Source of the DNA: Schizochytrium sp. TIO01
Taxonomy: Eukaryota; Protista; Bigyra: Labyrinthulomycetes
Length of the DNA stretch: 64,000 nt
Reading direction: 5' to 3'
NCBI GenBank assembly: GCA_004764695.1
Contig: SMSO01000035.1
Coordinates: 4,476,040 to 4,540,039, forward strand
Positions within the stretch are counted from its first letter, which is position 1. Each line of letters starts with the position of its first letter. The translations under genes were made by a program, and so were the position numbers. The notes under the pieces were generated by a model. That model was not told the DNA's origin, ran no database searches, and saw only the letters and a program-made list of their open reading frames with translations. Shown piece after piece: positions 11,190 to 23,884 of the stretch.

Positions 11190-12060
11190 CTAATTCATTA
11201 CCTCATGGACAGCCTTTTCAATGAGCTCAAGATCTTTGGTAGTGTAAGAATTGACCTTGCGAGATGCACCGTCTACATATTGAATGCGCTTCGGCGGCTC
11301 AGAGTTGTACTTTTGCCGATAGAGCTGCACCGTCCTCTTGCCGAACTTTTGTAGCTCTCCAGAGTTTGGCAAGCGACCTAGGATACGACCGGTAACCTCA
11401 GTAATCTGATGATGTTCTGGCTGTGCGTCCTGAATTGCAGCCGTGTGAATGTCTTGCTGAGTAGTATTTCCATCAAGTCTCCGAATAATGGCTCTATGAA
11501 GAGAGGTAATGAGAGAGCGTTGAAGGTCCATTTGTTGAATTTGATCGCGCCCAGATCCATCGCCTTTAAATGCACTGATCGTTTCCAATAAAAATCTAGC
11601 CGTATTTTGACTTCTCTCAGCAAATTCTTCTCTTGTGCGCTCCTCCTCCAGCAATCGACGGCTCCGCTCTGATTCTAGCTTTTCCATTCGCTCCTGGTAC
11701 TCCATTTCCTCTTGCCAAGTGGCGCTTGATGCCACGAGACTGCTGGTCTTCTTCGACCTCGGAATGCACACCCTGGCCAGTGGCGACCCTGACTACGATA
11801 TCATTAATGGCAAGGAGGAACTCAGCGTAGTCGTTATCGAGGCCCTTCTGGCCGCAACGCAAAATCAGTCGGCGAGCGAACTTCTCGGTCAGCATAGGAA
11901 ACTTCGCTGCATTTCCACCGGGAGAAATCATTTTAAGTACCCAATTAATGAAAGAGCGTTCTCAAAACATGGTGCTGACTGTTGTTGTTTGATTTCCTTT
12001 TGCATTATGACATATGTTATATCGTTTAGTTGGGGCCCCTGCTGGGATTACATCTTCTAC
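11190..12060 (-). pseudogene. Frameshifted or decayed gene resembling large-DNA-virus Bro/KilA-associated proteins (coiled coil plus conserved-looking C-terminal module)
   Basis: ORFs 11617..11931 and 11190..11771 overlap in different frames and join near ...GIKRHL/QEEMEYQERMEKLE. C-terminus: FGKRTVQLYRQKYNSEPPKRIQYVDGASRKVNSYTTKDLELIEKAV. Upstream of 11931 the frame stays open except for an in-frame TGA (ATG TTT TGA at 11970-11962). The family assignment is from recalled motif resemblance only. Confidence 0.5.
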
Positions 12061-12630
12061 TCAGAAATAATTGCTTAATGTAACTTGCAAAAAAACTGCA
12101 GTTGCCTAGTATTTTCACTCAGTTAGCGGATGTATTTTTACCCAAGAAAGCTTCCTTTGTATCGAAACGTGGTTATGTTTGCTCTTTCCTTGTACCTCTT
12201 CAAAACTGGGTTACTTGAGCGTTTACTAGCAAGATTCTCACATCGCCTCTGGCCTCGTCTTATCTATCTTATCAGGGTGAGTTCTAGATTCATACCCGCC
12301 TCGATCAAGCGAGCGCTCCCCAAGGTTAACATTAGCCTAAAATTTACAGATAGGTACTCTGTTGAAAACGAGGCTTACAAGAGAATAGATACATGGGTTA
12401 CGAGTAGGCTACGTGTTGTAAAGGGTTAGAATTAAGCTTATAAAATTGAGCGACAATCTTTCTTTGAAGTCCCTACCATCTATCAAAATTTCGCCAACGA
12501 GGTGCTGAGATTATCTTCAACTATGGTTCTTAACATCTAGCTTTTTATAATTATCATACGAAACAACAACTAACATGCTGCTGCTACTTTTTTGAAACAT
12601 CTGGATGCCTGCAGGAATTTGGGAGGATAT

Positions 12631-15490
12631 TCAGCCATTATTTGAAGAGCGCCAGCGTGAGAACGAGCGGCGGAGATTTGCAGATTCAGAAACTCTGGCA
12701 AGCGTTCTTGAAAAATGTCGTTGCCGCCCTGAAGTGTTTCGTGGAGACTGAGGTGTACTTGGCGCTGAAGTTGCATACTCGGAGCTTGCGAATCTCCCTC
12801 GACCTGTTGATGGCGACATACTGCGAGAAGGAAGATTGCGCCACGATGAACTTAAAATACTAGTTGAGGTTGCATCAGCAAACATGTCGCGCATTTCATG
12901 CTTCAAGTCGTGAAGCGCTGCCTCCATCGATGAGGCTTGACTTTGACCTAAAAGTTGGTCACTTAGGTCAATACACCTTTGTTCAAGAACTTCAATCCTC
13001 TTGTTTGCGGTGTCAAGGGAATTCTCATAGAACGATTTTTCTGCTCGACCGAGCTCACGAGTAGCGTGCAACTCAGCTTGGAGACGCGCAATCTCTGTCA
13101 AGTGCTCGGTTTGCTCTCTACGTGGAATTCGCTGAGTTCGTTCAAGTTCCAGCAAAGCTTGGAATTCGTCACGCTCGCAAATGGTGGCATTATGTGATTG
13201 TCGTAACACAGCAACTTCAGTACAGAGTAAATCTATTTTTTGCCGGAGCTTTTGGGTTTCAGATGAATAGAATTCTATGAGCTCTTTGTCCTTTTCAGCT
13301 GCAGCTGCGGCAGACGCTAGTGTCTGACCCCAAACAATACGCTCCGATGGACTAACTGGCGAGCTCACTCCCTCATCATGATGCTTCTTATGTGAACGAT
13401 GCCGATGATGTCCATGCCCACTCTTGCAGTTATATTCTACTCCACTTGAGTGTCTTCTCCTTCGTGATTTTGGTGAAGTTGGCTCCTGCACTGGTGTTGA
13501 CATAGGCGTCGGGTTCAATTCCACTACCAATGTTGTCTCGTTATTTGGTTCTTTGATAACCTTATTCATATCCTTTGGTGAAACAATCTGGGCAGGGTTT
13601 TTTTCTAATTTAAGCCCTGGGTCGTTACCTCCTTCCTTGCTTTCCTCATCATCACCCTTCTCAAATACACGCTGTGATTTGTTGTTATGAAGGAACTCAC
13701 TACTTTTGACCCGAGATAGATCAGGCTGTGAAGGCCCTGCTTTGACTTCGTCCCGGACCTCAGTTGCAGACGACAAAATTGCAGAAGTGCAAGCCCCAAG
13801 ATTTTTACTGATCTTCATTTCAGATGAAATAGAAGCATTACGCATGTTTGTGGAATCTACATCTGAACGAGACTTGTAATGCTCACTTTGCTCGCTATGC
13901 TCTTGAGATTGACATACACCTGGATCAACTACTTCTTGATCATCATCATTTTTAAGGTAAAACTTGGTTTCGCTATGGTCGTTGCTACTTTCCTTGAGAA
14001 CTCTTAAGCTTGTCTGCGTAAAAGTAGAGCTTAGCATCACAGGTTTTATTCTTGGTCCTCTATGTTTTCCGATTTCTTGATCCTCATGAGTAACGCACTC
14101 ATTGACAGTCATGCCTTGACTAGTTTGCGACGAGGAGTCAACCGTACAATCCTCAATAGTGGGGCAACATTGTACCGATATAGCAAGTGACGTGTTATCT
14201 TCCCAAATAGGCCTGTCGGCAAGTTGAACGTCGCGCGAAGACAGAAATGCAACAACGTTAGTTGGTTGGGCGTGTTCCTCTTGAGGAATGAGTTCTTTTG
14301 TAAGCATCGTAGAAAACACTTCTGCCTGACAGACTGGTACAGCACTTGAAATAATCTTTGGCTCTCTTTGATCCCGCTGCAGTCCAGTTTTATGTTCGGG
14401 GCTTTTCTTCGTGGGGAAAAGATGGTCTCATGTCTTTTTGTATCGGTTTGTTGTCTTTGGATATGTCCAATGCCTCTAGAATACTTACATCTTCTACATT
14501 AGGTTCCATACAGCTCTGGGAGTAGCTCGACTTATGTGAGCCTTGCAAGCTACTAGAGGCTTCTTTTAAAACCACCCTAGAGCGACAATCTTGCCTTTGC
14601 CTAGTTTGACAGACCTGCAGTCCTTCATCTATAGTTGAGTACTTCATGTTGTCTTGTTTCTTTGGCTCAAACTCAGCTGTTGTGCAGCTTAGCTCTGAAA
14701 CGTCGACTTCATCTAACTCTGATAGTTTATGTTTTTGCAAAAAACTCAGAGCTGGAACGTGGTGCGAGGTATTTGAAAGCTCCTTTGAGGAGAATGTTTT
14801 AGAACCCTGGTCATTCATATGGTATTGTGTCATTGCACTTAAACAGATAGCATTTGATGGTCTGCTGCCAGTATTTGAGGTAGATATCAAGAATGTACTG
14901 CGGTCTTCCTCACTTTGGTCGTCACCAACTGATACTGCATCTATAATTAAAGCAGGCTCGGATTGAAAACGAAGGAACTTATTTGGGTGAGAACTCAGCC
15001 GAGTGTGATGGTCCAATGGCACATTCACGAGAGTTAGGTGCGACTGCAAAATATCCTTGACTTGCAGAGATGGAACATATTTTTCAACAAGATCAGTGGG
15101 TTCGTGATATTGAAAAGTCTCCTTCACAGAAGAGGAATTGAGGTCTTCAGTGTCAAGGCATTCATCAACAGTATACGAAATATCTGTCTCATCAGCTACT
15201 GACACTGTCGTACTTGTTTCTCCACTGCTTGTCAAACCTGACATTATCATTTCGAGGACTGAAGAGGCTCGATCAGCAATCGAGTCCATCCGAGGTGCAA
15301 CACATTCGTCCATGGTCCGTAGTGTTTGTTTCATGCGACCAGGACCATTCGACCATGAACTTCTGCGCTCCACCTCAATATGGTCCAAAGAAAGTTGTTC
15401 TGCAAGAATTGCAATCTCTTTCTCAGTATAACCTGCTTCAGCACTTTGCTCCTCAGTGTCTTTACGAAGTGAGGGAAGGTTGACTTCCAT
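12631..15490 (-). CDS. Large orphan protein (~950 aa if joined): Ser/Glu-rich disordered N-terminal region, His/Arg patch, C-terminal coiled coil; split by a +1 frameshift near 14400
   Basis: ORF 14390..15490 ends ...EEKPRT*. The frame of ORF 12631..14319 stays open upstream across the junction (...PEHKTGLQRDQREPKIISSAVPVCQAEVFSTM). Removing one base from AAG CCC C GAA joins them. Heptad-like segment from ELIEFYSSETQKLRQKIDLL to LHDLKHEM. Confidence 0.75.
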
Positions 15491-18043
15491 CTTCGCTCAC
15501 CCGGCTCCTGCTGGAGATTCGCGTTACTTGAAGAAAATAGCACGTACGGGCTGCTGACGAAGGCAGGAATTCCGCTATGCTAGAATGCCGCCTGTCCGCG
15601 CACATTGTGAACCTGTCTACTAGTACGAGTAATATAGCCTTGGCACCTAATCTCATTTTTCTTTTCCTTTTCTTTTTTTCTAAAGTAAAAGTTTGTGAGC
15701 ATAAATCCATCCTATATATTTCAACCCTACACTTTTACGTGACTTTAACCAAACTTGGGAAATATTTATTTTCACTTCGTTCGAAAAGAAGGCGAACAAC
15801 ATAGAACGTTATGAAGCTAACTTTAATACCGTGGTATTGCTGTATATGCTTTGACTTGAGCTTTTGTTTGTTTGTTTATTCGAATAAAAGGATAAATTGG
15901 AGTAGTGAGTATGGCTACCTGATATGTATAAGTTAGAATAAATACTTTTAGGAATGTATGTTTTTATGTTATAAAGCAAGCGTTTTTAATTAATTAAAAA
16001 TGAGAGAGGAAAGTAAGTACGACGCAGCACTTTCACTAGTCAACGATGCAATGAGATATTTGGTTTGGCTTGAGCTTTTAGCCAAACTAAGAGATCTTAA
16101 CCATTGCCTTAGACTGCCGAGAGTGAGGACGCAAATAAATCATGGTACTATAGTACAGTAAACCGTGAGTTTTTGTTGTCTTGCAATGCCAAATAACTAG
16201 GTTTAAATATATATGTAATACCTAGCACATAACGGATCTTTCGGATCTTCGATAAAACTACACGACAACGAAAAAAATATAGATAGACCTTACCTATATG
16301 TATGTTTTTAAAAAAATTTTATTACTTTTTTTTTTTAAATCAGCATATGAAAACACTCGACTCACTTACCTTGTTTTATAGCTTTTTTCTCTCCTTCAAG
16401 TGTATGATCAGTTATAATTATGTGAGATTGAAGACATTAGCTTGTCTATCTCTTGTAAGGGATTTACGCCCTCACGCATATTTGAGCAATGATGCCACCG
16501 AGTTTATCGGCATAAAACAATCTCTAATTAACTTTTTTTCGCATTTAACATATTTTACTAGTTTTTTAAAGTTACTTTACACAACTTACTGTGGACTTCT
16601 TCGTACATTTTGATAGACGACTGCATATTCTAAAAGCAACAATACTTCCTTTCCTTACAAAAACATCGAGCAAGTTTCCTTTCGACGCGAAGGAAGCTGT
16701 CGGAGTTCATGTGGGCAGAACGGACCTCATTAAAACCCTGCAGGACTGTACAGAAGTGTTTTGTTGTTTTAATTTTTAAACTTTGTCCGCTAAATCATTG
16801 AGCATCACTAAAGCCTGAAGACCTTGATCTATCAAGAAAGTCCAGGATTAAAAAAATAATAATTAAATGTACTCCTAAGACAAGTGGACTAGAAATGTCA
16901 CCTCCGAGAACGGTCAGCCAGCTGCCCGTAGTATGCAGAACGAAAGCGCATCAACCGAATAAATTTTCTCAGTTATTGTAAAATGCTGTTCGTAAGGTCC
17001 ACTTTAATCGCAAGCTATTGTCAAGGCTACAATAATGTACTGAAGCTACCTTTGACGTGACTAAACTCGCAATTCTTGACAAGCCGATATTACTGTTCTG
17101 ATATCCAATATTGAGCTAAACAGCTAAACTCATATATGAATTAAAAGTATGTCGATTAATTCGACTCCTCGCCTTTATTAGATTGAATATGCATCTTGTG
17201 CCATGGCAAAAGCCAAAATGAATGTTTGATTTTCACCTGCTATACATTTTAATTTTTTTTAAACCAAGATATGTACCAGCGTATTGCATTTTACATCCTT
17301 TGCGAAAACTTATAAACTTTTGAAATGAAATGGTTAATTAATTAGAATTAAGACAATACCTCTCAGTATTACTGGTGTGGATGAAGTCATTAATGTATCC
17401 TTATTTTAAATCAAAAAATATTATAGTTGGATGATCGTCATGACTTAATCTCTTTGCATCGGTTGAAATATTCCGAGATTTCTACATGATAAATGACATT
17501 ATACATAGATATAATTTTGAAAGGTGCACTAAGATGCACGTGCTTACCTATGTCCACACACCACCAGTTAAAGGTTCTAACCCTTTCAATATTTTTATTT
17601 TTATAGTGCAGAGAGAGCTAGGGTATACAAGCCTATAAGCATTAAGTTATACTGGTTCTTTCTGCAATGGAAAAGTATTGCGGTTCAAAGACTTTGAAAT
17701 ATGATTTAGTGCCAATTATAATTGCAAAGGATTCAACCTTGCTCGTTGCACGTTGCAACCTGGATAAACGAAACACATCATCAATTGTACAATCTACATT
17801 TTAAGTTTTATAATAGATAAACAGTTTTTCTATTGCAAATCTTAAAATGGAAGGAGAGTGGCAAAACATTGCCTCCATCACCTTGTTTTCCTTTGCATTG
17901 CTAGATTCGTCGCCATTAAAAAAGAGGGGGCAAGGCAGACAAAGTATAAGGCAAGGAAAGCAACAATAGTGGTTACGGAGCACAGGACATAGCTCATGAG
18001 TTCTTGACTTGACACAAAGAAAACCCTTAGTCTTTTAACATGG

Positions 18044-19009
18044 TTAAAAACCTGTACTCCCAACTGTATAGGTTTGAGTTTCAGTAGCGTGTCTGAGCCA
18101 TTGTAGAGCAAACGTTGCTTGTGGAGTTAATAATATGCCATCGTAAGAGCTTGGGCTAGCAGAATGTTCGTTAATAACGTCGTTGAGTTTGCAAAAAATG
18201 ATGTCCGTGCTCTCCTCTGCTTCCTCTCCCCCTTGTAGATACAACTCCAGTATCTGCGATTTCGTCAAAGTACTCTCGATAACAAACAGACAGCTCGGCT
18301 TGTCGTGTGACTGACCAGGCTGGCGAACGAGTGCAAATAGGCGAGGTTCAGTCAAATCAACAAGAGGGATATTAACTTCGGCACATACTTCGTCCGATAT
18401 TGAAAAGAAGAGCTCGTTAGTCAAATCTTGAGACGAGTTTGCTTGAATCAAGCGGTCTGGCTCAGGGTGTCCACCAGGGAGGTCAAGAAAACCTTGGTAT
18501 TCACCAGTTGATAGACTACGGCGGATAAGAATAATCTCTGGGTTTTGGCGCGCTTCAGAATGAGACACCAATACAACAGCACCAACCCCAAGTGAATCTG
18601 CCAAGAAACCACGAGGATTATTGAAGACCTGCTCACCAAGGCTACATATCTCAGAAAACCTGTTATCATCTGAAATACAGTTTGTGCCAAGGTAAGTTTT
18701 GTAGTCTGTTAATCCCAGCTCAAGTCGCACCTTGCTGTACTGAGGCGTTTGCTCCTCCTCAACATTTAGCGAGAGCAATCTAAATTTGCTTTTATTGAAG
18801 AGCTTAGGGTTTTGCCGAGTTCTTGATTTCCACACGGCATCGATAATGCTATGTACCCTAGTCCAAGCTGCTTTCGTTTCGCCTTCTCCAGAGCAGGCCT
18901 CTTGAATATTCTCAGAGTTCAAGTTTCCTGTTTCATTCAGAACACATATCACTTGCTTCCGCCCCAGAGGAGTGGGCACGGAGAAATCTACGTTTGACTG
19001 TGATATCAT
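18044..19009 (-). CDS. NUDT22: Nudix hydrolase, NUDT22-like (UDP-sugar pyrophosphatase type)
   Basis: Motifs IDAVWKSRTRQNPKLFNKSKFRL, LGLTDYKTYLGTN, LADSLGVGAVV, IRRS...DLPGGHPEP and SISDEVCAEVNIP match the NUDT22 family. First ATG is at 19009; the ORF-track start at 19033 is TTG. Confidence 0.85.
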   Translation of the reverse strand: MISQSNVDFSVPTPLGRKQVICVLNETGNLNSENIQEACSGEGETKAAWTRVHSIIDAVWKSRTRQNPKLFNKSKFRLLSLNVEEEQTPQYSKVRLELGLTDYKTYLGTNCISDDNRFSEICSLGEQVFNNPRGFLADSLGVGAVVLVSHSEARQNPEIILIRRSLSTGEYQGFLDLPGGHPEPDRLIQANSSQDLTNELFFSISDEVCAEVNIPLVDLTEPRLFALVRQPGQSHDKPSCLFVIESTLTKSQILELYLQGGEEAEESTDIIFCKLNDVINEHSASPSSYDGILLTPQATFALQWLRHATETQTYTVGSTGF

Positions 19010-22000
19010 CTCAGGTCGAAAAGAAGAGAGCAACTTGGGCCTTGCGACTGGCTGGAGTCAGAAGTTGTCTAGCAAGATCTCCGTGCTCTGTGATGTAACG
19101 GAGGATACGGAGGATAAACTCTGTTCTAACAACCCCCGCTTAGCTTCTGAGCTCGTGGATTGTAAATAACTCCGTTAATCCTTCACTCCACAGGCAACTT
19201 AAGTACCTAGCTAGGTAATGCAGCTGGGTTCTGATTTGCCAGAGTTCAACATCTTTGACGCCTTGAGCTTTCTTTCCCCCCTTAAGTAGTTTTACCTAGG
19301 TAAACCTGCCTCAATGTGAGTTTTTTAAAATAACATTTTTAAATTTGAATCTTCTTAGTCTTTTTTAGTTGGGTTAAAAACCATGTTGAGACTCCTTCTG
19401 AGGCAGCTTTGCCTCTTCACGCTGTCGATCTTTCTTTACAGATATGTAGGCACTTCGAGCTACTGTTGAGCAAGCGACCTTTCCCAATTTCGGGTTTGCA
19501 AAAATACGGAGTAAAATAATCTGCTCATTGCTTTGTTTTCGAGGACTTAGCTCAGGAAGCACTGGCATCTGTCAGCTTCCACGAACAAACATGATGGAAA
19601 GGCGATATTAATCGATTGAGGGATTTAATAAGCATTTAAGCAAAAAAAGTATGTGAAGTATTGCAATCCCCAAGTGGCAGTTTGCAATCTTGTATGGGAT
19701 GATCTATGTCGGTCTTGGTAAACCCTGACAAAGGATGCCGAAGATGCCCTTGATCTTCCGAAGTGCTCAAATAGAAACTTTCGCGATAGATTTTCAATTC
19801 TCTACCAATCTAAGGGCGCAATAGTAGATGCGAAGGGCAGGATGCATCAAGTTTTACAAGAGGAAAACATGACACCAAGCTTCTGATGCGAAGAGACTCG
19901 ATCAAGGACCAACGAGCTGGATATATAATGACATCTGCAAAGGCTTTCTATCTCCAAATCACAAGAGTTAAAGGGCAATTTTCGTTACTTGGTTCTCATC
20001 AAAATCTATATATGGTTCATATCTTCCTAAGAAATCGGAGCTCTGTAAGCTTGACGGTCACTAGGCAGCGCGTCTTTGATGCTGTAAACGATCTTTGGGA
20101 ATATATTGATATCTATATTGCAGTTCCAGGTGGAACACACAACTCAGATTGTCTCCGTTCTAGCATAAATACCTCAACAAGATACATGTAAAAAGACCAA
20201 ATTAGGACAGTGCTGAAAATGCCATCAACGTCTCAGGAATAAAGGCTCCAAAGGATCTTGTCATGATTACTCAACACCTTGCAAAGGGGTGTGCTTAAAT
20301 AGTCGTGATGAGCTAGGTTGAGATATCAAAATTTCATGCAGAACATCGTTAGAATGGGTAAGGGACTCAGATCTCGAAATGTGTTTCCAATTAAATAAAT
20401 AATAATTTCAAGAAAATAAAGAGAAAGAGAGAGAATCAATCAGGGAATGAGACACCATTTCCTTTCGCGTATTATTAGTATCTATTGTATTCAAGGAAAG
20501 ATACAGGTCGTATTACAATTTTAGACGCCTGTCTTAGTTGTTGCTTGCTTCCAAACCCAGCCAAAAATAAAAGTACTGGCCGACCTTTATAGGGCACAGG
20601 ATGAGAGAGTCAGTCCTCTTGACGCGCGAAGAGGTGACTTAGTGAAGACAGGGTCCAGGAGAAGACAAAAAATATAGCTGATTAGATTTTGTTGCTTCCA
20701 ATAATGAAAAGCTTTTAAGATTATATATAATATTTATATATCAAATTGCTACTTTTCGCGTGAGTCATGAATCAGATACATCATGTAGGCATGCGATCTA
20801 TCTATCCTTTTTAAAATCTGGTCTTCAAGGACTTTATCGTTTTCAAAGTGAAATAATTCAGCATTCAAGTTGTTTTGTATGTTTTCACACTTCAATCAAT
20901 CAATCAGTCATCTACTAAAATAACGTTTCCCCATCTACTTCCATTTTCAAGAGTATTAAATTTAAATATATTAATTAATTAATTATCTTTCGTTGCATCA
21001 GATGTCCAATAATATAATTATTAATTTAATTAATTCCTTTCCAATCAAACAAACTGCAAGTTAGTTTTCCCCATAAGTTTGATTGAGGCAATTTACGTCT
21101 TGGGTGAACCTATTCGATAACTAGTAATTGTCATGAGTTTGTCTGTAGAATAAATAATAAACATAGAAAGAATAAACATAGAACGTCTTTGCTAGCGAGT
21201 AACGTTTGTTATAGAACTTTTGAGAAATAAGATGATAAGATAAGTCTTCCTTGTTTTTCAGAAGAAAAAAAAACTACGAACATTCTACTCTATTCGGTTT
21301 ATGCATGCATGCATATTTCATATGTTCATGATTAAGTTATTTATTTGACTGACACGTAGATGCTCTTTCTGAATACTTTCCAAACAATGTTTATGAGAGA
21401 GACTGACCTCAATGCTATTTTTCTTTTTCATATCAAAATTACTTTCTATTTCGAGACCTTTTAACTTCAAATTAATTTTAATTTAACAAATTCTTCAAAT
21501 TTTGGAAAATTATATACAAAATTATTATTATATATACAAAAATATCAAAATATTTATAGATTAATAAAATATGTATATTTTTAGAAATATTTTGTTTAAT
21601 TTAGATATATAACTAATTTTTGCACACTAATTATCATTGAGAACAAATAAATATAAAAAATTAGATGTATAGGAATATGCATGCATGCTATACTGGAGCA
21701 ATAACACACAGCTCTCAAAAAGTTTATGAAAGGAGAAATTGTAGAGCTTATAAATAATAGATGGGCTAAGGAATAATATATGTTGACTATCGAGTAAGCT
21801 ACAAAACCTTGCTATTAGTACTACTGTAGAGGCCACTGCTTAAGTTCTGACATTTGGCAGCTGATTCTTCATAATAGTCTTCAATTCAAGTAGACAGATG
21901 CTGCGAAACGATCGGAAAATCACTCTCTTGTAGAAATTTACCGTTGATGGTATGTGTAGAATGCAATGCCGTTAATTCCTCAATTGGGTTGCTCGGTTTA

Positions 22001-23884
22001 GCTTGTTCACATTAAATGTTTTTTCAGTTGATTTTTTTTGGTTCATCGAGCACAAGCACTTCGAGATAAATTAAATTATGTAGTTCTTATTATTTAGTAT
22101 CAGCTTCTTTTAACAGCTTGTAAAGTAAGTTTCTTGGTTTTTACGTTCTGTTTGTTTGTGAGTGCAAAGATAAAGAGGACTAGCCCATAATAATCTTTAT
22201 AGGTATTCCAGTGGAACTTGAGTCAAAGAGATATTACATATTGAGTTCGACTTTTAGTTTTTTTTTAAGTATCTTCACTTTTTGTGAGCCCCCATGTCCC
22301 ATCTCATGCGTCTTTCTCTCGCTGATGTTCTGAAGCTTTTTTACAAAGACTCAAGACTCACCTTTCTCTATTCAACTCAAGCTTGCTTTCTATTCTATTC
22401 CTCTAAATGCCCGCGTTGTTGCATGGACCCTATCTGATGACAAGGGGGTTATTGCTTGCACTACTGCAACACAACTGATATGGTACTGGGAAGTCCTTAG
22501 TGGAGAGAAACAAGTACCAGCAGACTGGAAATGGTGATTTATTGAGCCAACTTTCGAAATAATCCTAGATGTAAATATGAATGTTTTCTGTCAAATTTCC
22601 CATCTCGTTTTCTACACGGTATGTACTTTAAAAACCTCCCCGCACCATTTTGTTGTCTCGAAATTCCGCCTTTATTCTATTATCAAACATCTCTAAGTCA
22701 TAATAACCACAACCATTAATCCGCTTGACTTGACAGTGCAATTAATCTTTTCTTAGATAGTTGGTATTGTGTGAAATTACAAAAATATTAAGACAAGCTT
22801 CGAAAGGCGTTAGCGCATTATATTGCGACTATAAAGCACAGAAGTTAGTAGAAGACACTCTTGCGTAAGTCACCTTTATTGTTTAAGTGTTTGCATATAA
22901 ACCTAATTAATTTCTTGGACCACCGTACATGGCTCATTTAATAATACCTCACACATTAGTTAAAGTCGTGAGGCCTCACGAATCTAATTTAAAGGCCAGC
23001 ACATTAATAAATTTTCGCCTCCTTCATAGCTGTTCTGCCTGTGTTTGTAATAAATAACATTGTATTCTCTATTCCACCTTATACTATCAAGTTTTGACTT
23101 CTAATACGATTGAAAATAACCATTTAATATCTTTTCTAGTATTTACTTGCCTTTGCCCATGGTTGTTTCAAATTAGTGCATAAGAGAAAGCATCAGCTGA
23201 CCCTGATGACTTGAGCGAATCTCGGAAACCATGTTTCTTTCTACTTGGAAATGAAATTTACTGTTGTACATTGGATACCATCACTCCCCTTCTCAATATG
23301 GAACCCAAGTTCAAAATTATTATTCCCTTGATTTCTTCCAAACAGAAAAAAAGAAGTTATTCTAATCTTTCGTTCAAAAGAAACGATAAGAACACATCTG
23401 TCATGCTTTTGGGTGTGAATAGTGTATTTATGTATTTCCAAAGTTTGAAACTATACTTTTAAGTTCTCCCTGCAATTTACTTTTGTCCTCATATTTACGA
23501 GCTCACTGATAAAGCTTTGAACCAACAATTGTCTAGAGTTATATCCAATAATGTATCCCATGCAGCATTAATGAATCTTACACAAAGCTCCCTTATTAAC
23601 CAACCCTTGGGGCTCGAAAATATGGGTTTCTAAATTATACAATTCTTCAGATGCCCAAACAAATAATGAAAAGCAAAGCAAGGAACATCATGCTGCACTC
23701 AATAATAATATCATTATTATTTTGAAAAGCCAACGACAAAAATATAAAAAATATAAACTTTGTGCTCATCGGTCAGTGTGAGAGGTTTGACTATAGTCGA
23801 ATCTACACCGGTATGCACTCCATCTCGTATTAGTTAAGTGATGTCAGAATGTGGTACTTCGTACTTAAATAGCTGTATCGATTT

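Noticed and set aside
11962-19060. In-frame TGA codons (11964-11962, 19060-19058) as selenocysteine or readthrough
   Set aside because: No redox-motif context and no SECIS that I could identify. The NUDT22-like gene aligns well from the downstream ATG.
22379-22537. WD40-blade-like peptide (VVAWTLSDDKGVIACTTATQLIWYWEVLSG)
   Set aside because: A single ~50-codon fragment without a start or neighbouring repeats, so it could be chance.
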